The notes under the pieces were generated by a model. The model saw only the letters and a program-made list of their open reading frames with translations, was not told the origin of the DNA and searched no databases. Shown piece by piece: positions 1-6,324 of a stretch of 37,038 nt of DNA (the first letter of the stretch is position 1; every line of letters begins with the position of its first letter). The stretch covers positions 1 to 37,038 of the forward strand of contig JBHHYG010000002.1 of NCBI GenBank assembly GCA_046757445.1. Direction: 5' to 3'. The stretch comes from Acidobacteriota bacterium (GTDB lineage: Bacteria; Acidobacteriota; UBA890). Made by a program: the position numbers and the translations under genes.

Positions 1-1
1 C

Positions 2-151
2 GATCTTTCTGGCAGGTATCCTGCCGTCAAGAGAGCGCTGGAGGTGAACCTGCAACGGATTCTGCAGCACCCCGCCCTGCCGGAGGCGGGCAAGGTGAAC
101 CCCAGCGAAGAGCTGATGAAGCAGCTTCGAGCGCTGGGCTACATAAGATAG
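2..151 (+). CDS. 3' end of an upstream gene (last 49 aa, ...EELMKQLRALGYIR*); product not identifiable from the fragment
   Basis: Frame is open from the window edge to TAG at 149-151. It is absent from the ORF track only because the start lies outside the window. The translation DLSGRYPAVKRALEVNLQRILQHPALPEAGKVNPSEELMKQLRALGYIR looks like ordinary protein. Confidence 0.5.
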   Translation, partial: DLSGRYPAVKRALEVNLQRILQHPALPEAGKVNPSEELMKQLRALGYIR

Positions 152-186
152 GTTTCGTCGCGAGGGCGATGAGATATGCGGGCTAG
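152..186. repeat. Partial copy of the CTAG-ended palindromic repeat family (one terminal repeat: ...TCGTCGCGAGGGCGATGAGATATGCGGGCTAG)
   Basis: The last 20 nt match the right terminal repeat of the full copies at 9759-9942 and 18005-18188. It is nearly identical to the partial copy at 10544-10573. Confidence 0.75.
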
Positions 187-1057
187 ACATGGGGCGGCGT
201 TCCGCAACGTTGTGGTGCTGGTTACCGCCTTGGCCTTGGCAGGGTGCATCAAGAGCGCGGGCTCTGCGAGGCTGGATGTAGAGCCCGCGGTCAGCCTCCC
301 GGACAGCATTGCCCTCGGCCAACCTTTCGAAGCGACCTTCACCTGGCAGCCGGGAACGGAGTTCGCGCCGCCGGGCGTCGACTACCGGGTCTTCGTCCAT
401 GTACGGAATGAGCGTGGAGATCTCCTCTTTCAAGATGATCACCTGCCGCCGGTGCCGACGAGCCAGTGGGCGGCGGGGAAAGAAGTCGTCTACCGGCGGT
501 GGATCTACCCCCCGGGTGCTGTGAGGGCCGATCGCCTCGACGTTCACCTCGGTCTCTACGACGGGAGCTCGAGGGTCCGGCTACGTTGGCAAGGCGGCTG
601 GCAGGCATCTCCCCTCGTGCATCGGGTCAAGGTTCGCACCGAGGACCGCAGCGGCATCCCGATGGCGGTCCACGGCTGGTACCCACAAGAAAAAAAGTCG
701 ACCCCCACCGAGACCTTTCACTGGACGAACGGGCATGCGATCGCCGCCTTCAGGAACCCGCGCCACGCGGCAGTCCTGCACCTACGGGCGCTCAGCCCGG
801 TGGACCGACTGCAGGGCGCCCAATCGATCAAGCTGCTGCTCGGGAAGCACGATATTGCCGACCTGGAAGTCACCGACACGACGCCATTCGCCGAGCACAT
901 CCCGATCCCCGCAGAGGCGTTCGGCGATGACGACTGGGTCGAGCTCCACATCGACTCGAGCCCCCGCCTCGTTCCCGAAGAGGCACGCTCCAAAGCCGGC
1001 GATGCGCGGATCCTCGGACTGCAGATCTTCACGCTCTATCTTGCCGTCGGCTCCTGA
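176..1057 (+). CDS. Lipoprotein of unknown function
   Basis: 293-aa ORF. The N-terminus MRARHGAAFRNVVVLVTALALAGC has a basic n-region, a hydrophobic core and an LAGC lipobox. The ATG and a GAGGG 10 nt upstream both lie inside the repeat at 152-186. Confidence 0.8.
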   Translation: MRARHGAAFRNVVVLVTALALAGCIKSAGSARLDVEPAVSLPDSIALGQPFEATFTWQPGTEFAPPGVDYRVFVHVRNERGDLLFQDDHLPPVPTSQWAAGKEVVYRRWIYPPGAVRADRLDVHLGLYDGSSRVRLRWQGGWQASPLVHRVKVRTEDRSGIPMAVHGWYPQEKKSTPTETFHWTNGHAIAAFRNPRHAAVLHLRALSPVDRLQGAQSIKLLLGKHDIADLEVTDTTPFAEHIPIPAEAFGDDDWVELHIDSSPRLVPEEARSKAGDARILGLQIFTLYLAVGS

Positions 1058-1095
1058 GAGGTTGCGGAGGAGACCCCGGCCGGGCAGTCTTCTTG

Positions 1096-1135
1096 CTAGC
1101 CCGCATTTCTCATCGGCCTCCTGCTGCGGGAGCGG
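1096..1135. repeat. Partial (one-arm) copy of the repeat family: CTAGCCCGCATTTCTCATCGGCCTCCTGCTGCGGGAGCGG
   Basis: About 36 of 40 nt match the first 40 nt of the full copy at 9759. It is intergenic between two + strand genes. Confidence 0.8.
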
Positions 1136-1184
1136 ATTGGCCCGCGTCGGCATCGGACCAGGCAGATAGCCGGCAAGGCGCAGG

Positions 1185-2882
1185 ATGAGGGAAATCGAGA
1201 TCGTGAAGCACGTTCCTTTCTTCTTGATAGGCAGTCTTCTCGCGCTCCTCGGTGCCGGCAGCGCGCAGCGGCAAGAATCTGGCCGGCAGCTCAACCGCCA
1301 GATCCTCCTTCCAGACGAGGAAACAACCATAGCGCCCTGTTGCCCGAGCGGTCCCGAGTACGATCGCTTCCCGCCAGTGCCGACCCGCGAGATAGCTTCA
1401 CCGCCGCCGGGAAGGCCTGTCGATGATCGGACCTACCAGCGCCTCAAGGAGCTGGCGGGGTTCGATCCGAACGTCCCCGACGGCCGTGACGCGGGCACAG
1501 CGGAAGATGGGGAAGCGCCCGGACTCATCGAAGAGCTCATCGTGCCGCTGGCGCCGGATAAGCGTTCACAATTCAATGGCGTGAACCAAGAGAAGGGCGG
1601 CGGCTTTCCTCCCGATACCAACATTGCTGTCGGCCCTGGCCATCTTCTCGAAGCCGTGAACTTCGTCTTTCGTCTCTCCACCAAGGCGAACGGCAACGCG
1701 CTCTTTCAAACCTTCAATGATCACTTCGGTACGTCTTCGAAGGCTTTCTTGTTCGACCCCAAGGTTTATTACGACCCGATCTCCGAGCGGTTTTTCGTCG
1801 TCGTGTTGGAGCTCGACGATGCGAAAGACAAGTCCTTCATTTATTTGTCGGTATCTCGGGATCGAGAGCCCTCCAGCCTCGCCTCGGGTTGGTGCAACTA
1901 CAAGTTCAGCAGCAAGCGCAAGCGTGCCTACGCCGACTATCCTCAACTGGGGATGAACGAGAAGTGGCTGGCCATCGGCACCAACAACTTCAAGTTCAGT
2001 GGCGGTTTTTTCGAGCGCTCCCATCTCTGGGTGATCGACAAGACGGAGCTGGTAGATAATGCCTCTGGCTGTCCGCAGCTATCGCTCTTCAAGTTCACTG
2101 CCGCCACCGACGCCGACGGTGAGCTCGCCTTCAATGTCCAGCCGGCCCAGCATTACACTGACACGGGCCTGCCCGGCGACACCCTGTTCCTGGTCAGCAC
2201 GCCCTTTTCCTCCTCCGACGTCTATGTGCTTTGGCGCCTTCAGTCTTCATCGCCGGCTGCCGGCGGCCGGGCCGCCAAGACCAAGCCCACCCTCAGTCGG
2301 TCCAACCTCGCGGCCACCCCGTTCAGCCTCCCACCCCTCGCCGCCCAAAAGGGCAAGGGAGTTCCCCTGGACAGCGGCGACACCCGAGTCATGCAGCAGG
2401 TGGTTTTCCGCGATAACAAGCTTTGGTTTGCCTTCGCCACCGGCTGCAACCTGGGGGGTGGCGGCAACGAAAGCTGTATCCGGGTGGCGCGCATCATTCC
2501 GGATGCCGCCGCGGGCACCGTCGATTTCGAGGATACCTTCGGCGCCGGCAAGAACAACCACATCTGGTGGCCCGGGCTGGCAGTCAACCAGCGGGGCGAC
2601 GTCGTGGTGGTCTTTCAGCGCAGCGGCAAGAAGACGTTCCTCAGCGTCGCCTACAACGGCATGAAGAAGGGAGCCTCGAAGTTCGACACGATCAAGTTTC
2701 TGGCCCGGGGCAAGTGCAGCTCCCAGGCGATCGGCGGCGGCGGATTCAACCGCACCGGCGACTACGTCGGTGCACAGCCCGACCCCAGCAACAACAGACA
2801 GTTCTGGATCGCCGGTGAGTTCTCCAAGCGATTCGGGTCCCACTGCGATTGGTTCACCAAGATCGCCAAGGTCTCTTACTAA
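1185..2882 (+). CDS. Secreted protein of unknown function, possibly beta-propeller (sialidase-fold-like)
   Basis: 565-aa ORF with a signal-peptide-like N-terminus (VPFFLIGSLLALLGAGSAQ). Motifs such as PPDTNIAVGPGHLLEAVN and GDYVGAQPD...FWIAGEF resemble secreted propeller proteins. That fold call comes from memory only. Confidence 0.8.
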   Translation: MREIEIVKHVPFFLIGSLLALLGAGSAQRQESGRQLNRQILLPDEETTIAPCCPSGPEYDRFPPVPTREIASPPPGRPVDDRTYQRLKELAGFDPNVPDGRDAGTAEDGEAPGLIEELIVPLAPDKRSQFNGVNQEKGGGFPPDTNIAVGPGHLLEAVNFVFRLSTKANGNALFQTFNDHFGTSSKAFLFDPKVYYDPISERFFVVVLELDDAKDKSFIYLSVSRDREPSSLASGWCNYKFSSKRKRAYADYPQLGMNEKWLAIGTNNFKFSGGFFERSHLWVIDKTELVDNASGCPQLSLFKFTAATDADGELAFNVQPAQHYTDTGLPGDTLFLVSTPFSSSDVYVLWRLQSSSPAAGGRAAKTKPTLSRSNLAATPFSLPPLAAQKGKGVPLDSGDTRVMQQVVFRDNKLWFAFATGCNLGGGGNESCIRVARIIPDAAAGTVDFEDTFGAGKNNHIWWPGLAVNQRGDVVVVFQRSGKKTFLSVAYNGMKKGASKFDTIKFLARGKCSSQAIGGGGFNRTGDYVGAQPDPSNNRQFWIAGEFSKRFGSHCDWFTKIAKVSY

Positions 2883-2903
2883 CCCGCATTTCTCAACGGG
2901 TCG
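2879..2903. repeat. Partial copy of the repeat family (CTAACCCGCATTTCTCAACGGGTCG)
   Basis: Matches the terminal repeat consensus, with CTAA in place of CTAG. It holds the TAA stop of 1185..2882 (2880-2882) and the TCA (reverse TGA) stop of the minus-strand permease (2893-2895). Confidence 0.75.
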
Positions 2904-4254
2904 CGGCCGCGCGGCCGCGGCGCAGCAACTGGGTGCCGTAGAGCAGCGCACCGATCGCCAGGGCGGCAAGGCCGGCGTACAGCTCTGGCAGCTGGGCGCC
3001 GGCGAGGATGGCGAAGCAAACGATGAGGGCCAGAGCCGGAATGGTCAGGCCCCAGGGCAACTCGAAGGCGCCTTCTCTGGCCTTCGTGCGCCGGCGCAGC
3101 ACGGGCACCGCGGCACAGGTGGCGATATAGAAGACGATGCGGGCGACGGCACTGACCGCCGCCAGCCGCTCGAAGGTGCCCGACAGCGCCAGGGTCACCG
3201 AGACACCGAGGTAGACAAGGATGGAGAAATCCGGGGTCCGGTAGCGGCGATGAACGTGGGCGAAGATCGCCGGCAGCTGTTTTTTCTCGGCGAGAGCGTA
3301 GGTGATGCGCGGCCCGGCCAGCATGGTGCCAGCATTGCTGCCCCCGATCGAGATCAGCCCGCCGACGGCGATGAGGATACCGGCGAGCGGTCCGAGGAAG
3401 CTGCCAGCGGCATCCGCCAGCGGCGTCTCGGAGCTCTCCAGGTCGGCAAGAGTACCGACGGTGACCACCTGGACGAGCAGATAGATGGCGCAGACCACGC
3501 CGATGGTCATGAGCAGGGCGCGCGGTGCATCGCGCCGGGGCGAGCGGGCCTCGCTGGCCGGGATGGTGATCAGCTCGTAGCCGCCGAAGGCGAACATCAG
3601 CAGTAACACACCGCGGCCGAAGCCTGCGAGCTGCTGCCCTGACAACCCCCCGAACCGACCCCAGTCGACAAAGGCCACCCCGAGCACCACGAAGATCACC
3701 AGCGGCACCAGCTTACCGACGGTGAACAGGTTGACGGTCCAGGAGCCGTAGCGAACGCCCAACAGGTTGATCGTCGCCAGCAGCAACAGCGCCGCCAGAA
3801 TCACCGATATCCGCCCCAGGCCCTGGGTCGCGCCCTGCCAAAAGAAACCCAGGTAAACGGCCAGGGCATTGGCCAGCGCCGCCTGGCTGGCGACGCGGGT
3901 CAGCCACATCATCCATGCCACCTCGAAGCCCGCCAGGGGGCCGAAGGCGGCGCTGGCATAAAGATAGGGTCCGCCAGCGCCACGGAATCGAGAGCCGGCC
4001 TCGGCGAAGCAGAGGACGATCAGGGCGTTGGCGATACCGGCGGCGATGAACACCAGCGGGCTGGCGGGTGCGCCGACCAGCGCGGCTACGGTCATCGGCA
4101 GCACGAAGATGCCGCTGCCGATGACCTGATTGACACCGACGGCGGTCAGGTCCCAGCGGCCGAGCGCCCTGACCAGCGAGGGGTGCGATCGGATCGAACC
4201 TTTCGTCATTTGCGGCATGCCCTGCCTGTGCTGGTTGGCGGGCTCGCGGGCCAT
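2893..4254 (-). CDS. APC-superfamily amino acid permease
   Basis: Multi-TM ORF with the APC N-terminal signature LGRWDLTAVGVNQVIGSGIFVLP. Start chosen at ATG 4254 (MAREPAN...), which has GGGAGG 5 nt upstream. The ORF track extends it to 4287. Confidence 0.88.
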   Translation of the reverse strand: MAREPANQHRQGMPQMTKGSIRSHPSLVRALGRWDLTAVGVNQVIGSGIFVLPMTVAALVGAPASPLVFIAAGIANALIVLCFAEAGSRFRGAGGPYLYASAAFGPLAGFEVAWMMWLTRVASQAALANALAVYLGFFWQGATQGLGRISVILAALLLLATINLLGVRYGSWTVNLFTVGKLVPLVIFVVLGVAFVDWGRFGGLSGQQLAGFGRGVLLLMFAFGGYELITIPASEARSPRRDAPRALLMTIGVVCAIYLLVQVVTVGTLADLESSETPLADAAGSFLGPLAGILIAVGGLISIGGSNAGTMLAGPRITYALAEKKQLPAIFAHVHRRYRTPDFSILVYLGVSVTLALSGTFERLAAVSAVARIVFYIATCAAVPVLRRRTKAREGAFELPWGLTIPALALIVCFAILAGAQLPELYAGLAALAIGALLYGTQLLRRGRAAATR

Positions 4255-4518
4255 GCGACCTCCCAGAGGGTGGTTCTGAGCGCACAAAGAGAGATAGCGC
4301 GGGGGCTTCCTACAGCGTACGAGTATGGTCAGTCAACCTCGAGGGAAGGAAGGATGGCTTCGGGCTAGTGTCCGGCTTGACCTTCGCGGGCAGATGAGAT
4401 TCATTTCAAGGACATGTCCGCGGCCGGCTCCGTCCCCATTCGGCCCACACAGCACCATCGCACCAGCTTCTCGCCCCGTCGTTGTCCTGGCGCAATTGAA
4501 AAGAGGAGAGCGCAACCC

Positions 4519-6324
4519 ATGCCTCTACGAGTTCTTCACCCCCCGCACGCCGTCGAGCGAAGAGACCCCCTCGTAACGCTGGCCCGGCTGCCGCGGGCGG
4601 AGTCTAGCAGGGTGCATAAAAACCGTGCTAGGGTCATCGGCCTTGTTGCCGGTGTCGGCCTTGCACTCGCCGCCGGCGGCGGCAACGCCAGTGCAGCGCA
4701 GCGGCCCGAGGTCTACGCCATCACAGGGGCGACGGTGATCACCGCGCCCGGCAGCAAGAGCCTCGAGAACGCCACGGTGGTGCTGCGTGACGGGTTGATC
4801 GAGGCGGTGGGCTCGGATATCAGCGTCCCTGCCGATGCCGAGATCATTGACGGCTCCGGACTCACCGCCTGGGCCGGTTGGATCGACGCTTTCTCTACCC
4901 TGGCACTAAAAGAGGAAGAACGCCCACAGGCCGGCGGCGGTCGCGGCGGCGGCATCCAGGCGTTCCTGCAGCAGTCGGCCCGCGCTGAGGAGACGCCCAC
5001 CGGAACCGGGCATCCGATTGCCCGGGTCCATCCCCAGTACACCGTCACCGACGATCTGGTCGCCAACGATACGAAGGTCGGCAAGCACCGCGAAGCCGGC
5101 TTCACCGCCGCGCTGGTGGTGCCGCGAGACGGCATCTACAAGGGTCGCAGCGCCCTGATTGCACTCCGGGACGGCACCCCGAGGCAAATGGTGGTCAAGG
5201 CCGATGTGGCACAGGAGATCGCCTTCGGGAGCCGAGGTTTCGGACGTAGCTATCCAGGCTCGCTGATGGGCGTCATCAGCACAATCCGCCAGGTGCTGCT
5301 GGATGCCCAGCGGGCCGCCACCTGGGAAGAAAGCTACGCCCGCAACCCTGCCGGCATCCCGCGGCCGGAAACTGACGATGCCTATCCGCCGTTGCAGCCG
5401 GTGCTGTCCGGCGATGAGCCGGTGATCTTCGAAGCCACCAACAACCGCATGACGGAGCGTGCACTGCGCATCGCGCAGGAATTCAGCCTGCGTCCCATCA
5501 TCAAGGGCAATGGCAACGAGTATGAAATCACCGACATGCTGGCAGAGGCCCAGGTGCCCCTGATCGTGCCGGTCGACTACCCGAGCAAGCCCAAGGTTGA
5601 CGATGCCGATGCCGCCCTCGACGTCACTCTCCAGACGCTCGAGCGATGGGATCGGGCGGCGTCGAACGCCGCCGCCCTCGAACAGGCCGGCATCCGCTTC
5701 GCCTTCACCGCCGACGGGGTCAACAACCCCGCGGATTTCGTCAAGAACGTGCGCAAGGCCATCGAGGAGGGACTGTCGGAACAGACCGCCCTGGCGGCGG
5801 TCACCGTCGTTCCGGCGCAGATCTTCGGCGTCGACGCGATCCTCGGCACCGTCGAGAAGGGCAAGATCGCCAACCTGGTGGTGGCCACCGGCCGACCATT
5901 CGCCGAGGACACCGAGATCCGCCACGTCTTCGTCGACGGCTATCACACCGAGATCGAGGCGAAAGAACCGGCCGGCAACCCCGATGCAGTTGTCGACCCC
6001 CGAGGTACCTGGGATGTAACCATGGGCGGCGGCCAGTTCTCGCAGCAGCTGACCTGGACGATCGAGGGCGAGCCGGGTGCCTACCGGGGCAGCTCCACGA
6101 GTGCGCGAGGAACCAACGATTTCAGCAGCGTCGAGCTTAACGGCAACGCCTTGACCGTGGGGCTCTCCACGCCGAGGGGAACACTCGAGGTCACCGTGGT
6201 CATCGAGGGAGACAACCTCAGTGGCAGCGTGGACACACCGCAGGGCTTTTCGCTAGAGATCACTGGCAAGCGAACTTCCGGCCCCGGCGCCCGTGCCGGA
6301 GTCGATCAGGGAGGACTGCAATGA
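4519..6324 (+). CDS. Amidohydrolase-fold protein with a degenerate metal site, probably exported
   Basis: Has the amidohydrolase N-terminal pattern VYAITGATVITAPG...VVLRDGLIEAVG. The position of the HxH motif reads GWIDAFST, with no His. A signal-like segment RVIGLVAGVGLALAAGGGNASA is present. ATG 4519 has AGGAGA upstream; GTG 4612 is an alternative start. Confidence 0.8.
   Translation: MPLRVLHPPHAVERRDPLVTLARLPRAESSRVHKNRARVIGLVAGVGLALAAGGGNASAAQRPEVYAITGATVITAPGSKSLENATVVLRDGLIEAVGSDISVPADAEIIDGSGLTAWAGWIDAFSTLALKEEERPQAGGGRGGGIQAFLQQSARAEETPTGTGHPIARVHPQYTVTDDLVANDTKVGKHREAGFTAALVVPRDGIYKGRSALIALRDGTPRQMVVKADVAQEIAFGSRGFGRSYPGSLMGVISTIRQVLLDAQRAATWEESYARNPAGIPRPETDDAYPPLQPVLSGDEPVIFEATNNRMTERALRIAQEFSLRPIIKGNGNEYEITDMLAEAQVPLIVPVDYPSKPKVDDADAALDVTLQTLERWDRAASNAAALEQAGIRFAFTADGVNNPADFVKNVRKAIEEGLSEQTALAAVTVVPAQIFGVDAILGTVEKGKIANLVVATGRPFAEDTEIRHVFVDGYHTEIEAKEPAGNPDAVVDPRGTWDVTMGGGQFSQQLTWTIEGEPGAYRGSSTSARGTNDFSSVELNGNALTVGLSTPRGTLEVTVVIEGDNLSGSVDTPQGFSLEITGKRTSGPGARAGVDQGGLQ

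Noticed and set aside
2247-2969. Long antisense or alternate-frame ORFs throughout the window, for example 2247..2969(-), 4906..5946(-), 6807..7640(-), 14926..16008(+), 18860..19660(+) and 21756..22670(-)
   Set aside because: They overlap genes with clear family signatures. Their translations are Arg/Ala/Gly/Pro-rich low-complexity sequence, as expected from stop-poor off-frames in GC-rich DNA. None shows recognisable motifs.
4359-4368. TTCGGGCTAG 10-mer in the permease/amidohydrolase intergenic region, matching the repeat right terminus. A similar GCGGGCTAG occurs at 36417-36425.
   Set aside because: Only the last 9-10 nt match, and the adjacent sequence does not align with the repeat arm. 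They could be very degraded remnants, but I cannot distinguish that from chance plus the CTAG.
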